DNA from: the human T2T-CHM13v2.0 reference genome, Homo sapiens
NCBI RefSeq assembly: GCF_009914755.1
Contig: NC_060929.1
Direction: 5' to 3' (one strand)
DNA: 64,000 nucleotides
Shown one piece after another: positions 40,097 to 53,138 of the stretch. The stretch's first letter is position 1. Each line of letters starts with the position of its first letter. Position numbers and translations under genes: made by a program. The notes beneath the pieces are model-generated. The model saw only the letters and a list, made by a program, of their open reading frames with translations, was not told the DNA's origin and did no database searches.

Positions 40097-41452
40097 CCGA
40101 ATCAGAGGGTGCTCCAGGTGCGCAGTAGAGGAGTCGTCAGCCACGCCCCAGGACAATGGCCCTTTCAGGCCAGGACAGCAGGGAGCAAAATGTGGTTCCT
40201 GCTAAGTCTGAATTCTAACGAAAATTTCTGATAAGCTTGTTTGTCACTATCCTCTCCCTCGCAGGTCCGTGGATTATCTCTGAAATGACAAGAAACACGC
40301 AGGGCTCCACGAGGGCCCTGCACACAGCAGCATGGCTGTGGCCATTCTTCCTGCTGCGCCGAGATGAAGGTCAGTGCTGGGTCACCTGGGTTGATCTGGA
40401 AGAGGTGGAATCCCGGGCCTCTAGAAAGATAGGACTACAACGTCCAGCATCACCGCACCAAACACTCCTTCGTGTTGGTGATCTCCACAGGGAGGCACCA
40501 AGGGCACAGGGAGAGCCCGGCCAACGCTCAGATTCACTCTGGGTGGGCCAGTCCCCCTGTCCAAGGACCCCTGCAGCTGCGAGGGTGCCTGGGCACACAG
40601 CTCCACAATCCCCCTCCCTGAGCAGATGACGAACGACCATGGGCCTTTGCCACAGTGGGGGCGCAAATGTGGTTTCCTGGGTATGCCAGAACCACAGGAT
40701 GCAAAGGGTGCTGAGTGGAGCTGGGGCTGCCCCATGAGCCTGTGGAGCTTGCAGAGCGGGGAAACCTGCGTGTGAGAGCCAAGGCCATCACTCGGATGGT
40801 GCCTGCAGTCCAGTCTCGCCTCCAGTGCCGGCCTGTCCAGCCTCCTCCAGGCTTCCCCAGCCAGCCGAGTGCAGTGAGCCCTCCAGTCCCACCAAGGACC
40901 ATCCCCGATTTCCAAGCCTGACCCAGGCAGACTCAGGCCACCCACAACTGCCCAGCTGCAGGCACAGTCTGGACACCTTCCGGCTGCTGCAGGCCCAATC
41001 CCCCATGGGCCATGCCAGGGTTCCTCACCCCACTTCCAGCCTTCCTATCCCAGCTGTGGCCACCACCCTCAGTGGTCAGCACCACAGAATGTGTCCCCAC
41101 CCAGTCCATACTGAATGTGTCCCCCCAGATATTTTCTAGAAAACTGTCATATGAATGCTAACGTTAGGTGCTGCATGGAAACAGAGCCGGCAGGAGTGGC
41201 CAGGTGAGGGCCCCGGCCATAGGCGACGCCCCTCGTCCCAGCAGCTCCTTCCCTCAGCACCGCCCACTGCCAACCCAGGACCCGCTGTGCCCCAGAACGT
41301 GCTGTGCTGTGCTGATGGCGGCTGTGAAGGAAGCACGAGGACAGAACGGGCCCAGATGCCCTGAAGAGCACCGAGGACAGAGCTCTGGTGGGTCAGGGCT
41401 GCGCACAGGTGGGTGAGGGGCCACGCAGGGCTCCCTACAGTCCTCCCAGAGC

Positions 41453-41830
41453 AGTGGGTCCATGGGATGCGGCCCCCAAAGATGGGTCCACATGCTGACC
41501 CTGGAACCTGTGAATGAGGCCTTATTTGGAAAAAGGTTTTTACAGAGGTAACTCGTTAAGGATCTCAAGATGAGAGCATCCTGGATCACCCAATGACTGG
41601 TCCTTATAAGAGACTCATAGAGGAGACACTTGGAGGGAGCCAGGCCAGTCGACCACTGAGGCAGAGTCAGAGGGACGCAGCCCCCAGAGGAGGAAGAGGC
41701 AGGAAGGGGCCGCACAGGGCCTTCGGCCCAGAGACGCCTTGATTTTGAACATCTGGTCCCCAGATGACGAGAGGGTGAATCTCTGCTGGAGTGAGCCCCC
41801 GGCTTTGGGGAGGGGTCACGGCAGCACCAG
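41453..41830 (+). mobile_element. MaLR (MLT1-like) LTR
   Basis: GGAACCTGTGAATG.GGCCTTATTTGGAAAAAGG and GGTCCTTATAAGAG hallmarks. Confidence 0.75.
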
Positions 41831-42079
41831 GTGCTCAGGTCCCTGGGTTCACGGCACAGCCGCGGTGCATGGGCAGCCCTGCCGACCTGCTCCCAAAGAC
41901 TTCCAGAACTGCCATCTGATAAAGGTGAGCCACCCTTGCCAAGCAGACCTGGAGCAAGCACTGTAGCCTGTTATGATAGTGAGGGCACTCAGGTAGCAAT
42001 AAAAATAACAATTACAACAATGAAAATTACACAGGAAACCCCAACACAGAAAATGGGGCACAAGGCCAATGTGCCCGGC

Positions 42080-42396
42080 GGTGGGGGCTCGATCACTCCC
42101 AGCAGCGTGGTGGTGGGGGGGTCCCTCACTCCCGGTAGGGAGGGTCTCACTCATTTCCAGCAAGTGGGGGTCCCTCATTCCTAGCAGGGAGGGATCTCTC
42201 ATTCCCAGAAGGGGGGGTCCCTAAAAACCAGCAGGGAGTCCCTCATTGCCAGCAACAGAGGGGGTCTCACTCATTCCCAACAGAGGGGGGACCCTCACTC
42301 CCAGCAGGAGGGGAATCTCTTATTCTCAGCAGCAGGGGGATCTCTTACTCCCAGCAGGGCAGGGTCCCTCACTCCCAGCAGGGGTGTCTCACTCAC
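42080..42396. repeat. Degenerate tandem repeat, unit about 24-28 bp (GGGGGTCCCTCACTCCCAGCA), abutting the exon 3 donor
   Basis: About 12 diverged copies ending at the donor site. Confidence 0.88.
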
Positions 42397-42611
42397 TTCC
42401 CCAGATCGGGATGTCTCTGCTCTCTGCCTTCATCACGATGGAGGACATCGTCATGGTCACAGGGATGGCGTCGAAGTAGGACGAGTGAGGCGCGAGCGTG
42501 AGGATGGCCGCCTCGGTGGGCAGCGCCTGCCGCCCCTTCACGGCCACCCGGTGGAAGCCGCCGGCGAACCACATGGTGCGCATGATGGCCTTCAGCAGGA
42601 AGTCCACAACC
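42397..42611 (-). CDS. LPCAT1: LPCAT1 exon 3 (VVDFLLKAIMRT...PHSSYFD...IPIWG; catalytic HxxxxD)
   Basis: Acceptor TTTTGCAG|G, donor GAA|GTGAGT, 215 nt; ORF 42389..42607. Confidence 0.98.
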
Positions 42612-43774
42612 CTGCAAAAGAGGGCGCTGCGTCACGCGGGCACACGTCCGCAGTCTCGGAGTCTGTGTGAGGCACAGGGGCGGTCCCACGGGAGAGCCCT
42701 CCAGGGCGCAGTCCAGGCCACGGGCTTCCTGTGGTCGCCGCCGCTGGGACATCTGCTTGAGGGAAGAAAAGACGCCGCGCCTTCCTGGCCTCCGCCTGTG
42801 TCCTCGCTGGCTGCGCTCTCACCTACGAAGGAGGCCGCGGGGCCCTGTGTGGTGGTCACGGGCCACGCGGCAGGCAGTGCTAAGACAACATGAGACTCCG
42901 GAACACAGACAGCACAAGTCCCAGGCCAGAAGACCTCCGGACCTTCATGTTAGCAACTTATTTATCAGCATCCTATCATTTTGAAATGGGAAAAACATTA
43001 AAACACCTAAAACGCATATCGCAATATGGGGGGGGGGCGCTCAGAGCTGAGGGCGGAAGCTGAGACCTGCGTGCGAACTTCCCCATCTCATCTCCACAGG
43101 AAGCCCGGGGTTCCCACAACCAGGCGTTGTGTTATTACAGTGAGCTGTTTCTGGAGGAAATTAGATGGCCAATAAATTTGGAAAATAAAGTAAAAATCAG
43201 CCTAGGTTAACTGAATTTGTGTACTCTTTATCTCTTTTTAAAATAGGTACAAATTTAGCCTTTTAAATGTGTGTATTCTCTTTCATATGAGGCTACAGAT
43301 TAGGCTGTTATTCCACACCTCAGGGAATTGACACGCAGCAGACGGCCACGGTGTGTGAGAAGCCACAGGTCAGGCACACAGAGAACATGATTCAGCCTCA
43401 TGAGAAGCCACGGCTCACTCGGCCACTGGGTTAAGTGGGCGCATCACACTGGGTAAAACTACTGCACAGAGAAACAAGAGCCTGAAGCCTTACTGGATTC
43501 ACATTGCCCTGGGACAGATGATCCTCCCAGAAGACTTCCAGGACAGGGGTCCCCATGGATCTGAGCCAAGGCGGTTGCTAGGAGGGCACAAAGCCTCCTC
43601 TCGTGGGGCCACCTTGGAATGGCCTTTGTGTATGCGATGATAAACAATGGTGTAGTTACACATGGAGATGCTGGGGACCAACCCAGGGTGCTGCTTGTCT
43701 AGAGGAGGGGGGATTACACAGGTGTGCACTTCTTCACCACCTGTTCAGCTGCATATTTAAAAATGTACTTTTCT

Positions 43775-44078
<304 letters not shown>

Positions 44079-46164
44079 AAGATGTACTCTTCTGTGCACA
44101 TGTTATTTTCCACAAAAAAAAAAAAAAAAGTACAAAAACAAAAGCCAAAAGACAGCAATTGATGCCTAAGATGGAAGAAACAAGGCAGCGGCGGAGGGAG
44201 AAGCGAGGCTGCAGAGGAGGCTGCGGCGGGCACAGGAGCCAGTCTCGGGCAGGTTCAGGGGCAGGAGAGAGGACAGCAGGAAAAAAGGGATTAAAACCCG
44301 GGCGGCCCTTAGAGGAACACACCTGCCAGCCCCGAAATCGAATTGCAGGGACAGACGGTGCTCAGGGGAACTGTACTGGGTGTCGGGGCAGGGAAAAAGC
44401 AGCCTCAGCTCTTCTCTAAAGATCTTGGAGGAATTTTATACCCAAACTATCCACATGTGAAAACCCGGACTGCTGGTGTGGATGACAGCCTCAGAGAAAA
44501 GCTCCGCTTGCTGTGGGGTTGGGGACCCAGCACCCACTCACCCCAAGGCAAAGGGAGCCAGCACAAGCCCAGGGTGCTCAGGTGCCTGGGCAGCCCATTC
44601 CCAGGGGAATGTGAATCAGGAGACAGATCTATCTGCATACACAGGAGCGGGGATCTCCATCAGCACCCCCAGGAAATCCACTCCGTCCTACCGCCCTCAC
44701 ACGGACGACACCCAAGAATCCTGAGACGTGTGAGCAGAGCAGCTGCATGGCAGAGAAGCAGAGGACTGACCCCAAGGAGACAGAAAGGGTGGGCATCAGA
44801 AGAGGGGTGCAAAACATCCACCACGCTCGCCAAGAGAGTCTGGAAGAACAGGGCGCTGAGGAGCATCAAAGAACAAGAAAACACTCTCAGAAACCAAGAC
44901 TGTCACTGTGGAGACAAGCAACTCACAGGAAAGACTGGGAAATGAGGAGGAGGAAATCTCCCAGAACATGCAGGGGGAAAAGGAGGAAGGCCGCTGAGGC
45001 CTGCATCTCCTCAAGCCAGCTGGCATGTGGAGGTGGGTGGGGGAAGCCCACACGTCTAAGCGTGAGGGGCAGGCGCAGGCCCCGGCTCTGCAGGTTCCAA
45101 ATGTTCTGCTGTGAGCAGAGGCAAGAGGCAGAGTGGAGCCGGCCCTGGAGAGGACCTATACACATGTACACAGCCTGAGTGCTGGCTACGGTGCCAGGCC
45201 GGTGGGGCAGGGCAAAGGAAGGGGCCCTGGGGCCACGTCTGGCGGGGCTTCAAGGAGGCAAGTCTGGTGATCCACGTGGACTGGCTTAGCTGGGTCAGGG
45301 ACGGCCCCTGGGTGGCTGGTGGGAGGGCTGTGTTGGGCTGGCAGGTGTGGAGGGGCAGCCCCAGGCTGAGACGCAGGTGGCAGGAGCTGCTGGCTTCTGG
45401 GAGACCAGATAAAGTGGTTTGATGCTCAAGTTCAAGCTCCAACCTCCAGGCCAACATACGGGGAGTACCTAGAGTCATCATGGGGATGGCATCCCCAAAC
45501 TTGGGAACAGGTGTTCCCACACAGAGCATTCAGGAAAGGGCACCATCCATCTGAACCATCCGGTCAGCCAAGGGGCAGCCCCTGGAGGACCTGGCCCAGC
45601 TCAGGACTTGGCCCGTGGTCAAGGATTCAGCGCCAGATGGTCGGGTTTTGCAAAACGATGCTACGGTTTTTACAACACTGTGTGTGTTGAAAGTAACCTA
45701 AAATAGTGCCTTTTGCGAAACTGTGTCATTCTTTCACTGAAAGCCTAAGATTTTTATTTTAGGAAGGTTTGAATGACACTAACTTACATTCAGCAAAAAT
45801 GCTTTAACTCAACATCAATCTATTCAAAACTGCAGAGCAGTGCATAACGTGAGCCAACTTAAGTCCCAAACCGACTACGTAATTATTATTCAGCGGTACA
45901 CTCTGAATCTGCTACTTCAAATTCAGTTTCCTCCTGATCCCTTACGTCCCTAACTACGGTGCTTTTGTGACTAGGTTTCCCCTTGGGGAGTTCAGAATTC
46001 AGGGTTTGTTCTCTCTTCTGTTTCCCTTCAAGCACCAAGCCAAGCCCAGGACTGTGCACCAAGGGAGCTTTCATCAGTGCTGCTGAAGGAGACGCCAGGG
46101 GCTCCAGGGGTGGGATTCAATGCCAGGCAGCACGGGCAGCTTGAGTGCCCACAAGCATCCGTGC

Positions 46165-46692
46165 ATACTCCCACACATGCACACATTCACACACATACAC
46201 AGACATCGCTCTCATATATACTCACATGCACACACACACTCATACATATGTACACACATATACTCTCATACACATATGTACATACATCATACATATGTGG
46301 ACACCTGTACACACGTACACTTGCACATATACACACATACATGTACACAGAGACACAACACTCACACACATGTACATACTGTCATACACGTACATGTATG
46401 TGCACACGATACAGACATCCATCCACACATATATACATGCACTCACATGTACACACATGCAACACACACAGGTACACAGCACACACATATACACATGTAC
46501 ACACTCATATACATACTTGCACTGGTGGCTCACATACACACAGTAATGCAACCACATGCCTATGCACGTGTACCTACTCCCGTGCATGCACATACATATG
46601 TATGCACACTCACATGCGCATATGTACACACATACACACCCTCTCTGCACACATACACAGAATGATACACAGTGAGTCTCCACAGACCCACA
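46165..46692. repeat. CA/TA-rich simple repeat in intron 2 (UG-rich in the pre-mRNA)
   Basis: Degenerate (CA)n/(CATA)n tract. Confidence 0.93.
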
Positions 46693-49157
46693 TGCCCAAA
46701 GATCTCATGAAGCAGAGGTGACAGAAACCCCAACGTGTCACTGTCACGGGACACTTCACACGTGCATGAGATGTACATATGAAAGCGTCTCTGAAGTACA
46801 GCTGCTAGAATAAGAGTCCGTTGTGGTCCATTTATCGCCTGTTGAAGCCAAGTCAATTATTCACAGACAAGAAAAGCCACCAGGGTTAGCATGGGGAAAC
46901 GGAAAATTGCCCCAAGCCATCTATTTTGAAAAGTGAGAGCCTGTGCTCGCATGGGGCTCCTGCCTCCTGAGACAGAACAGAGGAGGCGGGGAGCTCGGCC
47001 CAACAAGGACATGGGGAGTAAAGAGAAAGGGTGCCAGGAAAGCACCACGAAGCCATTGCTGCCCACAGCACCACATTCAGCCAGGTCACCTGCAGCCTGC
47101 TTCACACTACAGAACCCCCACTTTCTAGCTGTGGCTTCTCAACTCAGCAAAACTGAAAGCCTGACTTTGATTTGGCCTTGATTTACTTTGCTTGGTTATA
47201 TATTTGATACCCAATTCCTATTTTATGGTTAAAACGTTTCAAAAACAAACCAAGATAAAGCATAAGAGAATTTTAAAAATCTAGAAAGGCTAAATGAAGA
47301 ACTAAAGCCCGTGATGATCCTGTTGCCCCTAAAGAACCCAGGCTGCCCCAGGTCACCACTACCCAGCAAGCTGCTCAACGTCCACCCGCTCAGCAGGGCC
47401 TAGAGTGAGGGACCCCCAACGCCCAGGCTGCCCTCTCCTATGACTGCACCATGTCTGCACGCAACGGTGCGGCAAACCCGGGACCCTAAGTGGCCGTCTT
47501 CCCCCTGCACCTAACTGCATGTCTGAGTGTGGCCCTGGGTATCAAGGAGAACCGAAGCTCAGGCAGATGTCAGCTCCCATCAGCCTCTTGGCCGTGAAAA
47601 CTTTGCTGTACATACAGCCCACAGATCAGACACCTTCCAGAGAAAGGAGGGGCCTGGGCGTGCCCATTACACCTTTCGGAGGCCAGGCAGTGAATGCATT
47701 AGGCTCTACAGCCACACGGCCTCTGTCCCAACCACTTGGCCTGGTTCCCCACCAATGCAGCCCTGAACATCACGCAGGCCAGCGGGCGTGCCCGTGCTCC
47801 AGTAAAACTTTACTTATAGTCAGGCAGCAGCCTCCAATTAACTACTAATATTCCTGTTTCTGAATAAAAGATTCAGGGAGCCCCTCCAGAATGATGAGAG
47901 ATGTTAACAACACATGGAAGGGTTGTCAGAGCTGTGGTTATAGGACACGCGTGGTAACTTTTAAGATACTGAAAATATTTATCAAAGTATTTATGATATC
48001 TCAACATTTTCATTTGCTAATGGCAGATACTTTCAGTGAAAGCACAGCTTTAGGAATTTAAATGAAACAAGAAAATATTGTGATTTAGTTTAATTTTTTG
48101 TGGTCTGTTTTGGATCTTTAGTTTAGATGTATTCCTCATCGGGTAGGTGTGCTTTATTTATATTCCGTGCTTAAAAGCCAGGAAGAGTTTAGGTCCACAA
48201 AGCAAGGGAAAGACGGCCCTGGAGGGGTGGTGCCAGCAGGCAGCAGGCCAGGCCAACGTTGGCTGACATGCAGTCTCGGAGGGCGGGGAAGGACCCGAGC
48301 CTCCTGTCCGAAGGCAGGGCTGGGCCTGGCTCCAGCCAGTTGCTGGCCCTGGGGAGCAGGCCCACTGGCCGGAGCTTCTGCTTTTCCAAGACTGGCCAGA
48401 AATGGGGATTTTGATGTCAAGTCACTGGGCCTTTATGATGCGGCAACCTGTTCCCACTTAGCCCAATTTTAATAAGACCAGGTTGGCAGGAGATGCCATG
48501 GTGGCCACCTGCCCCCCGAGCAGCCGTTCCCCTCATTGCTGCTGCTCTCACACCTGGAAGATGGCCCCTCCCGGGCCCACGGCACCCGCACCAGGTCCAG
48601 CTGCCTCTGCATGGGGGCCACTGAGGCAGGGACCTCCCTAGGCAGGAGGCCTGTGTCACTGTGGTGCCCTGTCACTGCAGCCCAAGAGGCCGTCCACTCA
48701 CAGCCTGAGGGTCTGGGGGAGGCCACCATGGGCAGGGCCAGAGCTGAGGGTCTGAGGTGGGAGGGGTAAGGGGGCTGGCAGTCACAAAGCCAGGAGAGGG
48801 TGTCCAGAAGCCTGACTTTCGTCAGCAACAGGGAGCCCCAGCAGGTTCTGGAGCAGAGAAGGCCACGGTGTAGGGGGGTCTCTGTGCTCAAGGGTGTGAA
48901 ACAATGGCCACACATCCTGCAGACCCCTGGAAAATGAAGCCTCAGAGCAGGACTGTGGCGGAGGCGTGGAAGACAGAGGCAACGGGGAGGTGGCCGAGTC
49001 CCCACTGGCAGGGGGCAGCCCTGGTGGACGCTGGGCTCAGAAGGGAAGGACAGATGGGCTAGGGTGGAGACACACAACCCCACTGTGAGAATGGGTTCCC
49101 ACTGTTTGGCCGCGTGACCCCCCACCAGGAGGAGAGCACGGCACACGCGCAACTTAC

Positions 49158-49300
49158 TTCCTCCACAGGGCCGGGGGCTGCTCGGGTTCCTTCTCCGCAG
49201 AGCCCAGGGATGCGACAAGTGCGAGGGGCCAGGCCAGCAGCATCATGGCAGCGGCAACCAGGAGCCGGACCGGGAAGAGCGTCAGTGTCATGAGGGCCAC
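49158..49300 (-). CDS. LPCAT1: LPCAT1 exon 2 (VALMTLTLFPVRLLVAAAMMLLAWPLALVASLGSAEKEPEQPPALWRK; hydrophobic membrane anchor)
   Basis: Acceptor CTGCAG|GTG, donor AA|GTAAGT, 143 nt; matches the end of ORF 49154..49474. Confidence 0.97.
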
Positions 49301-49435
49301 CTGCAGACAGAGGGGGGCATTATCCAGAGAATCCATGTAGGACACCAGGCAGCTCCCCACCCGGCAGAGGCCAGCCCAGGGGGACAGCGCGCCCCACAGA
49401 GTGGAGAGCTGGGGAGGGGCTGCAGCTGGCACACA

Positions 49436-49748
49436 GCTGACCAAGGCTGACCAGCACTGACCGAGGCTGACCAAGGCTGACCGAGGCTGACCAGTGCTGA
49501 CCGGCGCTGACCAAGGCTAACCAACACTGACCAGCACTGACCAAGGCTGACCGGCACTGACCAAGGCTGACCAACATTGACCGGCACTGACCAAGGCTGA
49601 CCGGTGCTGACCAAGGCTGACCAACACTGACCGACACTGACCAAGGCTGACCGGCACTGACCAAGGCTGACCAACACTGACTGGCACTGACCAAGGCTGA
49701 CCAACATTGACCGGCACTGACCAAGGCTGACCGGTGCTGATGCCGACC
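49436..49748. repeat. 10-bp VNTR (CTGACCAAGG / CTGACCGGCA / CTGACCAACA), about 30 copies
   Basis: Strict 10-bp period with alternating variants, 135 nt upstream of the exon 2 acceptor. Confidence 0.96.
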
Positions 49749-52119
49749 AGCCCTCACCATGGCTGTGGACACTGGCCAGTGCTGACTGACATGCTCCACA
49801 CCCACTGCCCGCTTCCTGCCTCCTTACTGGAGCTGCCATGCGAGTGGCTTGGGAAAGACACAGTGGAGCTTCCTCCTGCAAATTCAAGGGCCACTCTGAC
49901 GCACAGCACACAACCCCAGGCAGCTCCACCCCGCAGGACGCACCCCCAGGCAGCTCCGCCCCGCAGGACACACCCCCAGCCCCGCAGGCCTCACTCAGCA
50001 GTTTCCCCTGAAATCGTTTATGTGGACATGAGAATGCATACGCCACCCTAGGCAGTGTTGGTGACAGGGGGAGGTAGCTGGCCTGCAGTTTGCAAGGTTG
50101 GACCTCAGACCACAGAGAAGACGGCAGAATGAAGGTGTGACTTTCCAGTCAATGGAAGACCCGGCGCAGGAGAGTGAACTGGCGGGAGGGCAGGGGCGCA
50201 GGTCAATATGGGGGCTCAGGAAGGCCCCCCAAGCCAGGGCAGGCCCCCACGCCAGGGAAGGCCGAGGCTGCGGGATCCCAGGCAGCCCAGGGTCTGAGGA
50301 TGGAGGTCCCTCCGGGAGGCGGGCAGGACTCCGTGTAGAGGGGCGGGAGGCTTTGGGTGAGGGGAAACACCAGTCCTGAGGTGCAGGTTTAGTGCAGAGA
50401 CAGAAAAGACCCAGGAGACACAGATCGCAGTTGGCTCCCCAAGCAGCAGCCATCCCTAATTTCTGATGCCTGTCATGAGAGCGCTCCCACTCTGTTTCCT
50501 TGGTTTGTCCCTAGATTCTTTTGAGTTCTCAACGGAGACCAGCATAGCCCAAGAGAAACATGCCTGCCACATGTGTCATTTTAAATTTTCGAGTGGCCAC
50601 ATTTAAAGGGAATGACAATTTAATATACAGCTCATTTCGCCCGGTATATCTGAAATACCATTTCGACACGTACTCAACGTAGAAGTTGCTACTGGCTAGT
50701 TTGCATTTTCTCCCGCTGTCTTGGATTGTGCAGTGTGCATTTCACTCTCACAGCTTTATGCCACCTGTGTCTCCACCCTGTCAGTGCCCAGTGGTCAGGT
50801 CAGCCTGTTGGGTACGCAGATCTAGATGATGTTTGGTTTGCGAGAGATGACGACCTCTAATTTGCCTCCCCTTCCCCGCTTCTGGGGGCTGCTCCTCACC
50901 CCAGCTGGGTCCCCGCTTCAGCATCACACTCGCTGCACCAAGCAACCACAAATCTGTTATCCCGCCATTGGTGACGATCGTCACTGTTCCACATCGTGTT
51001 ACTGGCATTCAGCAAACGTTCTTTACTGCTGAGAAACCTTCCCAGGCCTCATCCTCCACGAGTTTTGTTTTGCTTTAAATCATGAACGGGTGCTGAGCTT
51101 TATCAGAGGTGCTTCCTGCATCTGTGGGGAGAGCCACGTGCTGCACCCCACTTGAAGCCACTAACATGATGCCTTACGGCCACGGTCTCTCTAATACTGA
51201 AAGCTAGCTTCAGCGCTGTGCAGCTCCCTGTTAGGATTGTTTTTTAAAAGGAATTGCTAGGTCTGTTGGCCACTGTCACCAGCTGTTAAGTAAGACGCGC
51301 CTGTCCGCTCCTGTCACTTCCTCCCAGCGGCTTCCTCGTGCAGTCGCCCTACGAAACCAGCGTGCACCCATGCCTGCCGGCAGCTCCTGACCGTTGCTTC
51401 ACTGTTTCCAACCCTACTGTTTATAGAGTCCCTTTTTTTTTGGGTTGACTTCACTGTTTTTGTCAATGGGGAAGTCTCTTCCTGGAAGCTTTTGGCATTA
51501 TTTTTCCCTCCCGCTACCAAGGTCTCCTCCCAGCTGCCTTTAAGATAACAGTGAAGTTGCCCGCCACACTCTCCTTGGGTTCACACCAAGCCTGCTCTCT
51601 GGTTTCATTTCTAATGTTATCTGTGTCTGCCAAAACTTCTAAACCTACGTTGCCAGATATTTTTCTATTTTATCAGTCTTCTTACAGAACCATCTCAGAT
51701 TTGTTCATTCTCTCTGTTGTGACCTAATCATATTAATTTTGGCTCTTATTAGTTCCTCTTTCTTCTGCTTTGAATTTAGTCAAATATTCTTTTCAACTTT
51801 TTGAGGGAAAAGCCCACTTTGTTATTTTCAGAAATACCTTATTTCCTGATAGTCACATTTAGAACACAGCTCCCCCTAAGGACCACCTTGATTTAATCCC
51901 ACAAGTCTAAGGGGCAGCCTTTTCCTTTATTTGTAAAATTTAGTTTTAAATATTTCATCCATTCCCATCTACTGTTACTGTTTCATATTTTGTTGCAGTG
52001 GAGGAGAGCGCAGCGGAGGAGACCGTAGCCTCGGCCTTCAGCCCACCTGGTCCCGGGGCTCCAGGGCCACTGGCTGGGAAGAGGCCACTCTGCAGTGCAC
52101 AAGCCTGGCTCTGCTGTTA

Positions 52120-52430
<311 letters not shown>

Positions 52431-52634
52431 AGCCGACAATAAGTTACTGGGTAAGTTTCTTCTTCCCATAAATTGTTCTTAGAACTTGTTGCCTCCCTGG
52501 GCAGACGCCATGAAGTGTGATAACCAGCACTAAGAGAAAGTCTCAGGAAGTTCCCCGGTCTGACCCTGGGGCCACGGCAGCCTCTGCCCACAGCCTGCTT
52601 CAGTCCACCTCTGGTGCTGCAGCCAACTCTGCTA

Positions 52635-53138
52635 CAACACTGCTTCCACCAGAGTGTGGAATAAAATCACAGTAACCCACGCTGTTCCTGAAACAGCACC
52701 GACTGCAACACTGCTTCCACCACAGGGTGTGGAATAAAATCACAGTAACCCACGCTGTTCCTGAAACAGCACCGACTGCAACACTGCTTCCACCACAGGG
52801 TGTGGAATAAAATCACAGTAACCCACGCTGTTCCTGAAACAGCACCGACTGCAACACTGCTTCCACCAGAGTGCGGAATAAAATCACAGTAACCCACGGT
52901 GTTCCTGAAACAGCACCGACTACAACTGCTTCCACCAGAGTGCGGAATAAAATCACAGTAACCCACGCTGTTCCTGAAACAGCACCGACTGCAACACTGC
53001 TTCCACCACAGAGTGCGGAATAAAATCACAGTAACCCACGGTGTTCCTGAAACAGCACCGACTGCAACACTGCTTCCACCACAGAGTGCGGAATAAAATC
53101 ACAGTAACCCATGGTGTTCCTGAAACAGCACCGACTGC
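52635..53138. repeat. 69-73-bp VNTR, 7 copies
   Basis: GGAATAAAATCACAGTAACCCAC recurs at 52658, 52731, 52804, 52875, 52944, 53017 and 53090. Confidence 0.97.

Noticed and set aside
49436-49748. Array of CTGAC branch-point consensus motifs near the exon 2 acceptor
   Set aside because: The motifs are on the plus strand, antisense to LPCAT1, so they cannot be its branch points.
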